Source: Klebsormidium nitens (lineage: Eukaryota > Plantae > Klebsormidiophyceae). From it: DNA of 64,000 nt. Location: the NCBI GenBank assembly GCA_000708835.1, contig DF236995.1:124001-188000 (forward strand), given 5' to 3'. The number at the start of each line of letters is the position of its first letter. Within the stretch, counting starts at the first letter, position 1. A program made the translations under genes and the position numbers. Positions 50,454 through 63,154 of this stretch are shown here, piece after piece. The notes under the pieces were generated by a model. The model did no database searches. It had not been told where the DNA came from and saw only the letters and a list, made by a program, of their open reading frames with translations.

Positions 50454-53150
50454 ACTCACAAGTTCCACAGCCCTCTCTTTGTACCTTGTGGTTTTTTGTA
50501 GACGATCTTACCTCCCGCAAAGGTGTCGGCGTTGCTTTGACCGTTACTTCGGCTTCCCAGGCTATATCCAAATCATGCCGATTGTTTGCATCGACTTGCC
50601 ACCACTTGTTTGACGCCCTTTCCGCCTGTCGTGCAGAGTATCGAGTCCGTGAAACGCTTCAAGAAGACGCCGCTGAGGATTAAGGGTCTACCTGCTGTAG
50701 CAAAACGACGTCGAGCACACCTGGTTGACAGTGAGAATCTTCCAAACGGCAATAGCTTCAAGAAACCTAGGCTCGATCACGTGATGTACAATTACGTCCC
50801 TAGCTCTGACAACAATGGACACAGATGCGCGTTGCTATTCCGCTCGCCGGACGCTCCTGCTAAGTCTCACCGCGCCTGTAGGCGACTGGCACAAAATGTC
50901 ACGAGATCGAATAACCAATCGTTGATGCGTATGCTGATCTCTTGCATGCGATCGTATCGTCACCGCTACTGTTAACACGCGGGTCTGTCATATGAGCTCT
51001 GCATACAACATACGTACAGCTTTGCATGTATCCAGTGGTGGTGCAACATGTATCCGTGCGGGACCGAGTTCGGGATGGAAGTTATGTCATTGTAGCGCTG
51101 CCGGTATATGATATGAGCTAGCTAGGCATAAGTTATGGCCTTGAGTTGCCGGTCAGCAATTACCTTGCCAGTGCCCCAGAAGTTGCAGTGCCCCGGAATC
51201 ATATGGACGTACAGATGGTTGAAAATCGACTGAAGGATTGGATCGCGCGTGTCTAAATAACACAACAATGAGCCTGGAGCACAATGTTGCAACCGACTCA
51301 GTCTGGCACCGGTGCCAACTCGCGTCAGATCGGAGGCCCGCCCTGCCGCCTATTGGGCCCTGAGCAGTGCAAACTTCACTTATTGCCAGGGCGGGCCTAA
51401 ATTCAGCGGCCGCGTCAACTGAAATGCCTAATAGTATTATATATGGACCCCGGCCGGGACGAGTTAACTTAGTATAAGATCGAACGTACATGCATAGAGA
51501 TATACTATATACTGAGCCCGGCACAGTATATATCAATGTAAATTGGCGGCCAATATATCAATCACGATCATTGTATGCATGTACCGATCCGCGGCCTTGT
51601 CGGACCAAAGACAGGCCATGTGGCGCGCGCAGCTAGGCTCAACCACATGACAAATCATGCAGCTTTCAGCTCGATCTGCAAGATCGAGCTAGCTACATCA
51701 TTATTGAACGGGCCTGGCCCGGCCGGGTCCAAAAGTAGTGGCCGGATCCAAAGCACTTCCATGCGATGCAACTCAAACCGCGGCAGTGACTGGAAACTGA
51801 GGCTCCCCAGTTTTGCATCGGAAGAGGCTTGAAAGTAAGCGCTTAAGTTCAAGACTGACGTTGAGTGTGCCACAACGATTACAAGTCGGTATCGCGATTG
51901 CAGTCAGATCCAACCTCTCTCCAAATATCAGACGGCCTGCCTAGTCATTGCACACGCTTTACTGAGACTCACGGTCCCTATTTACCTTGTTCAGTTCGCC
52001 CGAATAATGAAAACCTGAATTGTACCCCAATGCAATGATCTCAAAGATGGCAACAAGCTCTTGCAAGCAGATGCGATCGGCCTCGGAACCTATTCAGGTG
52101 ACCTACACTGCTTCGATTTTTGCTAACTATGAACCACTCCTAGTACGCTCTTACCCGTTCACCTCTCTTTCCTTGCAACAATACTCCCCTCTTGCACGTT
52201 CGCAACCGGGTCTGATACTGTCCCCGCCACCTAACTGACTTGCAGCAACATATCGCATCCCCTCCTTGAGCCTATAATCGCGGACATCAAACCTATGCTA
52301 CTACGGCTGTGTCGCAATAGAGAAGATATTGCTGGGAATCGACGCTACCAAACCAACTCGATCCATGCCTTGACCCAGGCAAGTTGAACCAATTCTTTGT
52401 TGCTCAATCATCCCCCGGCTTTACACCGAGATGGTAACAGCCGACCCAAACGCAAGCTTTATGTCTGTACATGAAAACTCGTTATTCTGCGCCGCTGTCA
52501 TCTCCAGTGCGCCATGCATTTGCCCTACTTGAAACTTCGACAAGCCTATCCACATGTTCGACGAACAGCCAGTGTCCCCAACACATCTTGACCGCAACCA
52601 CCGTTGGAAACAGAACCACTCTAAACGCTGTCTTACTTGCGGCCCCCGGTAAGCGCAATACTAAAAGCTTCCACCTTCCCAGCCCGTTTAACATTTGCAA
52701 AACCACTCTTTCAGGACCAGCGCCGTCAGCTATGGGCAAAGCTCCTCAGAACTCGCCAGCCGACGTCGTCCGCCGTCTCAGTAGTTCCACAGCGCCGCTG
52801 TTCAAATTCAAACCCGCAACCCGTCGACAAACCACCTCAGATCCGTCCACCCCTACTCAACCCAACAGTCTCTGTCCAAAACGCACGTGCCAGGCGCCCA
52901 CAACAACACCGCCACCGAGCATCTCCCAAACCCGTCGCTTAGCATTCTTCCAACCACCACTACACTTCCTGCTGCTAAGCGCTTCCAGTCCACCAAAACC
53001 GCCCGGCTGCATCCCAAAACGCTCGCCACCCTGTCCTCCGTCGGCAACTTCTCAAAAGCACGCCCGCCAAATGCCTCCTTAAACCCCTTCCTGGGCGCCG
53101 CCCAAAACCCCTCGCTAGGCACTTCTTCCTCCCCCTTCTGAGACCCCTCG

Positions 53151-56100
53151 TCAGCTAGGCTTCTTCCCGTCCGAGAAGACGTACCCCTGCACCTTCCCTT
53201 GGACCTCCTTCCAGATGCGCCCGCTGAGCCGCAGCTTGAGCTCCTTGTGGTCCCCCCCCGACATGAAGAGCGCGAAATTGCGCGGGATGATCATGCCGTC
53301 GTTCGCGTCGCGGACCTTCCGGTGGCTGTCGCGGATGGTCCGGGGGACGCCCTGGAAGATAAGCTTGCGGCCCTCGCTGCCCACCTGGGGAAAAGGGGGA
53401 TGCTAGTCACATGTCAGCAATGAGGGGGAACAGCGGACACCAAAGAGGTCGATTTTCATGGCGAGTCTTGTCGCTCTCAACTCTCAACAGACCCGGACAA
53501 GAGTCAGCCAGTACCAGCAGGTCTGAATAGTCTTCAAGCAAGCTGACGCATCTCTGGGAGAGTTTTGGCCGGGAAAACGAACTGCCACCTCACCTCCAGG
53601 CTGCACCACAAGTCTCGCACAGTACAGAGACGCTCTACGTTTTCTACACAAAAGGGAGTTCCGCTAACTGTTAAAATTCCGCCCCTCACCTCCAGTCTCT
53701 ATCGGAAGCTCTACGCCTCGTCTTCCTTGCCCATGAAACGCTTAAGAATCCTGCACAAAAGCCAGACTCGCCAACTGGAGCCCAAAACCCGGACCAAAAC
53801 CTTCAGATTGTAACACCACCCCCCAAAAACCGGAAAAGCCTTGACGCCCTGCTGTCTCACCTCGAGGCTGTACCGGAAGCTCTGCGCCTCGTCCTCCTCG
53901 CCCATGAACCGCAGGAACGCCATGTAGACCGGCACCGTGCCCCCCTGCTGAAACGCCTCGAAGTGCAGGCAAAAGTGCTGCCCGAACGCCGTGAACACCG
54001 TCAGCATCCACGTGGCGTTCTCCACTTGAAGCGGGTCTTCTTTCACGTAGCGGTGGTTGAAGATCGGCCCGTGGTGCTTGTCGACTTTGTGGTCCTCGAG
54101 CAGGTGGGACACTAGGGCGGGGATGTCGCCGCTGACGGGGCACTCAGAGCCGGCGTAGGGGCAGTTGTACGGGCGGAACGTGCAGTCGGCCTCGTGCTTA
54201 ACCTGGGGGTTTCAAGAGGGGTCAGTCAGCAACCTTCTTCACTGATTTGTCACAACGAAGTTTACGCAGGCAGTTCGGTAACCTCACTTATTGTATTTCC
54301 ACATTCAGTTACTTGAATCTATATTGTCGCTTGATTGGGGAGTCACTCATCTTACAGATAGCTTCTTTGTTCGATTCGTGGTCTGTCCCGGCCAGGTCGC
54401 TGCTCTTTATTGTACTCGTGGTCTGTTTCAACCACGGTACTACTCGTTCGCCCAAGAGAGATGCAGAGCCTTGAACATACTCAGACAGAGCGCAACGTTG
54501 CTTCGATCCAGACGTCACTTCATATCCCTCATTGGTGTGCAAAAAGGACAGTAGAGTCGCAACACAAGAGCTAATAACCTCCCGGATTCGTCAACAAGGG
54601 GTTCAACACGGCACCTTCGGCATATGCACTGTTACATCGAGATCTTCAAGATTTACGTCTGGTGACTTCTACTGGGAACCCTCCCGGATCTTCCTCGGAA
54701 ACACCCCTGTCATAAAGAGGCTCGATAGTAGATTAACGACCCAACACCAGTACTCGAAGTATCGGTGTCCAGTTCCTCACCTTGTCGTAGAAGGTGCGCA
54801 CTTCGTGGCAGCCCTGCTTGCTGTACTTGCAGGGCATCTCGAGCGACTCGGCGACCTTCTCGAGCGCGAGGCAGCGGATATTGAAGTTGAGGAGCACGCG
54901 GCACGTGGGGCACCGGTGGTTCACCTGCTCCTTGCAGTTGTGGCACAGCGTGTGCCCGTTTGCGCACTGCAGAAGGAAGTGAAACACGTTATGACATGCT
55001 TGGAGGCATTGGCGCTGTCCACTGAACTCTGACAGGTGGGCAGACACTTGGCAACTTACTTACTGCAGTCCACTGAACTCTGACAGGTGGGCAGACACTT
55101 GGCAACTTACTTACTGCACAAGGGCTTTGTCAACTTCTGTGAACATGCGGCACTGTCAAATGAATTTTGCTGTACGGCAGGAGGGTGTCAGTTCGGCATG
55201 TTCTTAGAGCCACAGGCAATGCTGTGGCAACATGACAGATTTTCGTCCCAACTTTTCAGCGAGGATGAGCAAAGCGATTTTACAAGGCACTACAGCGGAC
55301 CCAGACCTCCACAAAAGAGTTTTTGAGTAAGCGAAGGATACCTCGAGGAAGTCTATGCATGAACCTGCCCCCAGCGACCAGCAGACTTCTGCAAAGATCT
55401 TCAACGAATTGCAGAAATCCAAGAGGAACAGTGGCTTCTTGCCTGATAGATAGGAGGCAGCATTGCTTCCGTGCAGACTGGACACTCGAGTAACTCGTGA
55501 ACTCGGACCGCCTCAGAGTGGGGCAGGCCTCGGCCCACCCCCCCACCCTGGTGCTTCCACATGGCCTTGGACACTACGGACTGCTCTCCTGCGTGACCGA
55601 CCCCGTCAATCGTCCGCGCAACCTGCAGAAGCGCGAGCTTCCTGTCATGCATGGGAGGGAAACAGAGGCATGCAAGGCGTTGATTCTCAAATGGAAAGGG
55701 CACCTAAGCATTGTGGCGTGCCTATTTTGTTCGTCCCATCTTTGCAAAAATCCGCCAGTCTGCAATCAGCACACCTGCAAGGCGCTTCGGAAGATTCAGG
55801 TAGGTGGACAGATGATTCAGAGAAGCACTACGGGGTGAATGGTTGGCTCTTGACGGCACGAAAAGTCAAAGTAATCAGAAGGAACTGAAGTACCCAAAGT
55901 GTTGAGGAGGCTCTTCCTAAAAGCTAACTCGCCTAAGGTTTCATGTAAGGCCTCCGTGGACAAACACCACAGCACGCCCAGCCCTCTGCATCTAGGAAGA
56001 GTACACCGACAGGCACATACGGCCATATCTGCTGAGCAGCACCTTCAGACACCAAGGATGGCAATGCAGAGGCACAGAACAGTGCCGATCGTCAAAGTTC

Positions 56101-56566
56101 CACAATTTCTTCTTCGCAAGACATCCTCCTCTGAGTGACAAGTTGGTCACGGAGGAACTTTGTGGCTTGATGAAGGCTTCGACAACAAGTTGGCAGGTGA
56201 ACATCATTTCAGAGTTGCGAAGAGGAGGAGCACGAGGATATGGCCAAGACAACAGTTGCATGTATTTTAAGCTACGTCATGGATAACTGAGTAACGGCAA
56301 AGCAACATCCCAAGCCCTTGACCTCCAGGCGAGGTTGATCGACAAAATCGCATCTATGCACAAGACACCGGTCTCTGCATCACATACTCAGTACAATTAG
56401 AACGACTTGGTCATACGACTAGAATCACGTAGTCATAGAGTACGATCAAGTAGTACAAGTCTAGACGGAGGCTCACCTTGCTGCTACTGCTGATAGACGG
56501 GGGTGCGCTGCTCTCCGGCTCTGAACAGACAGCGGTTCTAATCACCTTTGGGGATTGCTGGGCCAT
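53151..56566 (-). CDS. SINAT: Seven-in-absentia (SINA/SINAT) RING E3 ubiquitin ligase, about 343 aa, 5 exons
   Basis: Exons 56477-56566 (less certain), 55443-55622, 54781-54966, 53861-54202 and 53151-53384. Motifs VHELLECPVC..QCANGHTLC..CPTCR, LEKVAESLEMPCKY, FNHRYVK, VENATWMLTVF and ELKLRLSGRIWKE. Confidence 0.93.
55017..55118. repeat. Perfect 51-bp tandem duplication in SINA intron 2
   Basis: GTCCACTGAACTCTGACAGGTGGGCAGACACTTGGCAACTTACTTACTGCA occurs twice (55017-55067 and 55068-55118). Confidence 0.95.
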
Positions 56567-58032
56567 CAAGACCCCAGGAAACCCTTGGTGGGACCTTGCG
56601 ACGCCCTCCGAACAATCTGCATGAGGCAACCTGATGTGAGTATGCACAGTGTCTGCAGTGAGGACCACCTAAAACTGTGCACTGCTTCCCAGTGTCCAGA
56701 TTTTATGTCAGTCTCCAAGTCACTTGAGTTGAGAGATAACTTCAAACTGGAGAACTAAGATATCTGGTGACAGTGTGTTAGCTTTTATGCCCCGAGAGAA
56801 TGGCCACTAGGCAACGCTGCCTGACTGAATGCTGAAGTTGGGGTGGCCATAGATTCCTACACGGGGCGGCACCTCCAACTTGTGACGACTCGCATGCTTG
56901 CGTCCTATCAGAAGGAAACGGAACTTCGGCTACCCATCTTAACATCGGATCAGACCATCCTGCAACAATGCCAAAAAGAAAAGGGCCAGTGTCCTCACAT
57001 GTGCAGCTAACAAGAAGCTCTGCTCAGCGCCATCAGAGAAGCGATACCACCAGCCGCACCGGCATTGTTTAGGACAACCAATAATAGTGAGCTCCACCTA
57101 GTCCTTATAAGTCCTTCATGAAGCCCTAGGCTGTTTGTTCTGCATCTCAACCTGGTTGACATATACACCGCAGAGCCAGCTGCTCCCACCTTCTTCCACA
57201 CGAAGAAGATGAGCTTTTTACCCTTGCGAGGCCTCGTCACTCTTTGAAATCTTAGCTAACAATAGATCCTCACTACCTCAGCTGTCTCAGCATTCAAAAG
57301 CACCAAATGCAGGCAAGTGAGCTCGTGGAATGCACCATGTGAGCGCCAATGCCCGTCCAGTAGCCAGCTCTTCAAAAGGCACGGCAGCCATGATCATGCC
57401 AAATGGGGCACCCTGCGGCTTTTCCTCATTGTCATGGGAGTAACGCGACTCCGCATTCATATTGCTGCTTTTTTTGAGGCAGCCTTATCAAACTTTTAAC
57501 GGAATATGTTTTCTTTCATAAGTGCAATAAGAATGGGGCTGTCCTTGCATGTAAATTATCGTTATTCTTGAAGCTTCGTCCTCTGAAGTTGTATGATCAC
57601 GGTTATACTCGTATACATTGTGAATTCAAAGAATTTGAGCTCCACTTTGACAACTGCGTTCGCAATTCACGGGATTTGTGGCGGGACTCCACTCATGATT
57701 CAGCGCAGTCAACCCTTCTTTGACCGCAAGATACAATTTACTTACCATCGACGGTTCCTACGTTCTTCTAGCTGTCTGTTTTCAGCAATGGAGCCAGTGC
57801 CGTCGATCCTATCAACGGCTTACAACCTTCCAGGCTCGTCCAATCACCATTAATACGTTACCTGGAGGTTACCGGTCCACAGCGACGTAACCCTTCGGTT
57901 ACCAGGAGGACCCGCAGTCGACTGAAGCCCAGAAACCGGGTCGACGGGGTTGTCTAACCAGATCTGCAAAAATTGCTGTATGCTGCGTGACATTTGGTGC
58001 CGTCGACGTCTACATCGGACGGTTGCAGACCT

Positions 58033-58040
58033 ATTATAAA
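58033..58040 (+). promoter_or_regulatory. Probable TATA box of eEF1A; 5'UTR intron(s) follow
   Basis: ATTATAAA lies about 500 bp upstream of the ATG and is followed by pyrimidine-rich sequence. GTGAG donors occur at about 58193 and 58255, with a CTGCAG acceptor ending at 58528. Confidence 0.45.
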
Positions 58041-58537
58041 ACCGTAGATCCACAGCATTGCTTCGCAAGATTCTTCCTTGTTTGAGAAGAAAATACACCT
58101 CGTCCTTTTGCTGCTTCGATCTTCCTGCGAACTGCTTGCGTGCGCCATCAGGACGCACAGCCTTACAAGCAAAGCCTTCGTCGCTATCAAAGGTGAGGGA
58201 GATTTGCCTCTTTCCCCTTTTTGATTTGAGTTGTGTGTCCAAGTGTTGTGGCGGTGAGTAAACAAGGTTTTCGAGGGAGTTTTTATCATCACTTGCAACT
58301 TTTGCAAAAGGATCCTGCTCTTGCTTGCCTTTCTTGCTTTATTTCTCCAGGGGGACTCTGCATTATCAACTTTGCTTGCATTCGAAGCTTCGTTAGCAGA
58401 TTGTCAGGGTGTTTTAGTGTATGTCAGCCATTACCGCTCATCCTCGTTGTTATGGCTTGTTGCTTGTTCAGAAGCAGGTGCTGCTGCTTCTGCTCATAAT
58501 ATTCACTGTTTGCTTTCCTCTGCTGCAGTTCGCAATC

Positions 58538-61401
58538 ATGGGTAAGGAGAAGGTGCATATCAACATTGTGGTCATTGGACATGTCGACTCCGGCAAGTCC
58601 ACGACCACCGGCCACTTGATCTACCAGCTGGGTGGGATTGACAAGCGTGTGATTGAGAGGTTCGAGAAGGAGGCTGCTGAGATGAACAAGAGGTCCTTCA
58701 AGTACGCCTGGGTGCTGGACAAGCTCAAGGCCGAGCGCGAGCGCGGTATCACCATTGATATTGCCCTGTGGAAGTTCGAGACCACCAAGTACTACTGCAC
58801 GGTTATCGACGCCCCTGGACATCGCGATTTCATCAAGAACATGATTACGGGGACCTCGCAGGTACAGCTCCCTTTCCCAGGCACATGTTTGATCCAGGGT
58901 ATCGGTGCAGGAGATGAACATGTTTGGAGCATTTATATGCAGCTGCACAGGTGTTTGCATGTTATGTCGCCTTGTTCTAAGTTACTCTCAGGTTTGTGAT
59001 GCTTGTGCTGTTGGGTATGCCTGACATCTCTAGAAGATGGATCCGATTTCTGACAGAGTTTCCATCTGTGCAGGCGGACTGCGCTGTGCTCATTATTGAT
59101 TCCACCACGGGAGGTTTTGAGGCTGGTATCTCCAAGGATGGCCAGACCCGTGAGCATGCTCTTCTTGCTTTCACTCTGGGAGTGAAGCAGATGATCTGCG
59201 GTCTGAACAAGGTGAGCAGTGACTGGTCTGGACAAACAAAGGGTTGACTGCTTGGTGCAATTTGTTGTCAGTACCAAGTATAGGAGATGGTAATGGTTGT
59301 AGGAGCTTTGGTTGAAACATTAGCTGCAGTTGGCTCTGCATATTACATCAACAGTTGCGTTATGCGGGATGCTCGGAGCAGTGAGCAGTGGTTTGCTATT
59401 CTGCGGAGTTGGCTGCTTGGTAATGGTGCTCTTCTGCAGCTACAATACTTAACCCATCTCGTCTGTGTCATGTACCCTGCTGATGGACACAAAGCAAATT
59501 TCTCCAGATCAGCTGCTCACTAATGTGTCCTGGGGTTGCATATTCCTCAAAAGGAGGTGTTGGTCACTGAAACACAGCCACAGTTAGTTTCGAATTTAGC
59601 GAGGATTGAGCGCTGCCTCTGATATTAATTGTTGACATCTTGGATGCTCACCGTAACTCCTGACTTTCGCTGCAGATGGACGCCACCACCCCCAAGTACA
59701 GCAAGTCCCGCTATGAGGAAATCGTGAAGGAGGTGTCCACCTACCTCAAGCGTGTCGGCTACAACCCCGAGAAGATTCCTTTCGTTCCCATCTCCGGTTT
59801 CGAGGGTGACAACATGATCACCCGCTCCACCAACCTGGACTGGTACAAGGGTCCCACTCTTCTGGAGGCTCTCGACAACCTGTCTGAGCCCAAGCGTCCC
59901 TCTGACAAGCCCCTCAGGCTGCCACTCCAGGACGTGTACAAGATTGGTGGTATTGGCACAGTCCCGGTGGGCCGTGTCGAGACCGGTGTGATCAAGCCCG
60001 GTATGGTTGTGTGCTTCGCCCCCTCTGGCCTGACCACTGAAGTCAAGTCTGTGGAGATGCACCACGAGTCCCTGCCTGAGGCTCTTCCCGGCGACAACGT
60101 CGGCTTCAACGTCAAGAACGTGTCGGTGAAGGAGCTGAAGAGAGGGTTCGTTGCCTCTGACTCGAAGAACGACCCCGCCAAGGAGTGCGCCAACTTCACT
60201 GCCCAGGTAAGCGATCTGTGCGCTGGTTGGGCTGTTGTCAGAAATTTAAATCGGGGTTTTGAGATGGTCGTAGGATGGCGTTGCGAGGATGACTCATACC
60301 AGCGCTGCAGTTAATTGGCAATGGTTGCCTGCAGTTTGTTGCATTTTGTCGGCACTGCAAAACGCAGACCGCGCAAAATGCAGATACGGCTTGCTGGTTC
60401 CTGCATGCCATAACTAGTTCGTAGCTTGTCCTTCCATTGATTTAGGGTTTCTTTTTCCTTGGTTTTGCATTCAAAGAAGTGCTGATTTGCCCTGCCCCAA
60501 CTTTATAGTGAAGGTTTAATGCCAAAAAATGGCATAGGTCTTAGTTACAATGCGGCGTAGTTAGCTAGGGTTTGTGACAAGGAAGGGCGGAGCCTGGCTG
60601 GTGGCATGCAGTTTGCATGTGACAAGCGTGGTATCACTGATTTACCCCTTTCATGTATGCACCAAATGGTCGAGTATTTTGCAGTGGTGGTCATGCAACC
60701 TATGAGAGCAGAAGTGTACAGCATTGGGATCAGGCAATCATTGGTTTCGCGGATTGTCCGTAGACCTGTTCTTCCTGGACAGTGCAAGGTGTTGCATTTT
60801 CCTATTTCATTTCTGGTTTTCTTGTTTCATTTCTCAAAAAAATTCATTTCTGTAGCGTCTTCAATCCTCCTTTGTTTTATCCAAACTGTTGATGAATATA
60901 ATCCACTCCATTTGGTTCCTACTAGTCTGCTTTCTTCTCATCCCATGTTTGCTGCCACTTTAAACATGTCTGCTCCTCTTCCAGAGAACAGTAATGGAAA
61001 GAATGGTCTGCCTGAACTGCTCACTAACTTCGGTGACCCCTCTTCCACAGGTCATCATCATGAACCACCCGGGCCAAATCGGCAACGGCTACGCCCCCGT
61101 GCTGGACTGCCACACCTCCCACATCGCCGTCAAGTTCTCGGAGATCCTGACCAAGGTCGACAGGCGTTCCGGCAAGGAGCTCGAGAAGGAGCCCAAGTTC
61201 GTGAAGAACGGAGACGCCTGCTTCGTCAAGATGATTCCCACCAAGCCCATGTGCGTGGAGACCTTCGCTGAGTACCCCCCCCTGGGGCGCTTCGCCGTGC
61301 GTGACATGAGGCAAACCGTGGCCGTCGGTGTCATCAAGGCCGTCGAGAAGAAGGATGCGACCGGCGCCAAGGTGACCAAGGCCGCCCAGAAGAAGAAGTG
61401 A
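58538..61401 (+). CDS. EEF1A: Translation elongation factor eEF1A, 447 aa, 4 coding exons
   Basis: Exons 58538-58861, 59074-59211, 59676-60206 and 61051-61401 total 1344 nt. Motifs [27 protein letters not shown] and [15 protein letters not shown]. Confidence 0.98.
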
Positions 61402-61611
61402 AGGGGCCTGCAGGAGTGGGGGGAGGGGGGTGGTCCTTCCGAACCCCACTGCCAGGGGGCTGCCAAGAGTTGGGTGGCGGAGGAAAGTGGTATGCTCGCA
61501 AGACTTCCCTCGCTGCCGTTTCTTCGTAGGCTGCTGTTAGCTCAGCGGCGGCAGAACTGGGTTTTGGATAGGCGGTGGCGAGGCCACGGGGAGTTCCACG
61601 CATTTGCGGGG

Positions 61612-61628
61612 GGGTTTAGGGTTTAGGG
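61612..61628 (+). repeat. Two plant-type telomere units (telo-box-like) in the eEF1A 3' region
   Basis: GGGTTTAGGGTTTAGGG. Single TTTAGGGTTT motifs also occur at 60441 (eEF1A intron 3) and about 38373. Confidence 0.6.
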
Positions 61629-63154
61629 ATTTGGGCTCCAGTGGAAGCAGCGTTTGTAGTATGTGGTGGGTTTCGTAGAGGAGACTTGCCCGCAGGAGGA
61701 AGGGATCCTGCGGTGCAGGGTACTCGATGGGGCCTGCTGTTTAATCTGGATCGTAGAGCTGGTTTTGCGGAAAATAACGGCCATTGTAATGTCGGTCAGT
61801 CAGCAGACGGTTTGTCATCAGTAGATGGGATTCGTTTGTGCTGATACTAGTGATGAAGAGAAAAAACATCACAAAAGCTGAGTTTCTCGCCAACCATTCA
61901 TTCCAGTGCGCATCATGGCTGGCATGGTCTTTGTGCCTGTGTTTAGTTAAGTGGTTTTCGTGTGCTGTATAATTTATGTAGGAGGTATGCGGATCAACTT
62001 TTGTGATGATGAGCCATTCAATGACAATTGCCTGAACTCGGCCGTATCCAGATCAACGTAAGTTTGCAACATCTGTGATGTTTCTTCAGTTGAACGAGTC
62101 ACTGGAGATAAGTTTTTGAGTTTCAAGTTTCGGAACAATCAGGCCCGTGTTTATAATATCGGAAGTACGTAATCTGCAATTGAGTACCCTGTGCATGGAT
62201 GCATCATACTTCAAGTTCAGTGTAGCCATGGCGGCACTGTCAGTCGGACGTACCACTAATTATCCAACGTGTCCTACACGATCTGGCATATAATACGTGT
62301 GCCGCAGCCTGCTGCCCTGAATGTGATAGCTACAGTATGTACCGTCGTGGATCTCAGTACGCTGTCAAGCTAAAACACGACGAAAAGTCATGGGAGTTCC
62401 GGCGCCAACATGCTGCGCCAGTCCAAGCCTGCTAAGTCAAGCATTTCTGCTCAAAGGCATGCATGTCATGACATGATGGTCCGACCATTGACGGTCAGGA
62501 CATGTGTTTGGAAAGAGACGGTCTCTTTCAAATACGGCGATGGACGGTAGCCACCACGGGGGCCATAGGCAATTAGGTGTATGATCAATGATTGTCTGCG
62601 ACCTACCTCAGTGTGGCAAGCCAAACGTGGGCTAAAAGGTATGTACTCGCTATGCCTAAACATATATTGAGCCTTAAATCGTGTTGATGCAAATAGGCAG
62701 TTGACTTTGGTGGGCCAGCGAGGGCAGCCGGGCCGCGCTGTGCCCTCTGCAGTGATCGAGTCAAATTGAAAGCTTAGCCTCAATGCCATGCGAGCAATCG
62801 GCTGCCTAAGTCCAGGCATATGAGGTTTTCGTTGTTTCGGTCAGTTGCCAGAGGGGCGCAATTTCTGTTCCTCCACTACCGCATGCTATATCAGGCCGGC
62901 CCGCCTTTAGGGCAAACGGCTTGCATGAGAGGCAAAACACTGAAGCTTCAAGCTGGAGATACGAATCGAGTGCGTGCCTATGCAGCCATGCACTTTTCAA
63001 AAAAGAATTTCTGTTAGGCAGTGTGCCGCATCTTGGACCGGTTGCGATCTGCAGATTGTCACTTCCAATGACAGAAAATACACCTTTGGAAGTAGCGAAC
63101 CCCGATCCTGTGACAGTAATGAGCGGGCTGCTCATGCAATTAACATATTCAGCT

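Noticed and set aside
52471-53122. 203-aa plus-strand ORF and overlapping small ORFs
   Set aside because: They are Pro/Thr/Ser-rich, overlap the probable SINA 3'UTR, and show no recognisable motif or splice structure.
58424-61603. Long antisense ORFs over eEF1A (58424-58960, 59625-60065, 59759-60199, 61024-61449)
   Set aside because: They are shadow frames of a highly codon-biased gene and carry no independent motifs.
61845-62040. TGATGA...CTGA pairs suggesting C/D-box snoRNAs
   Set aside because: The boxes are only about 20-25 nt apart and lack a terminal stem, which is too short for a snoRNA.
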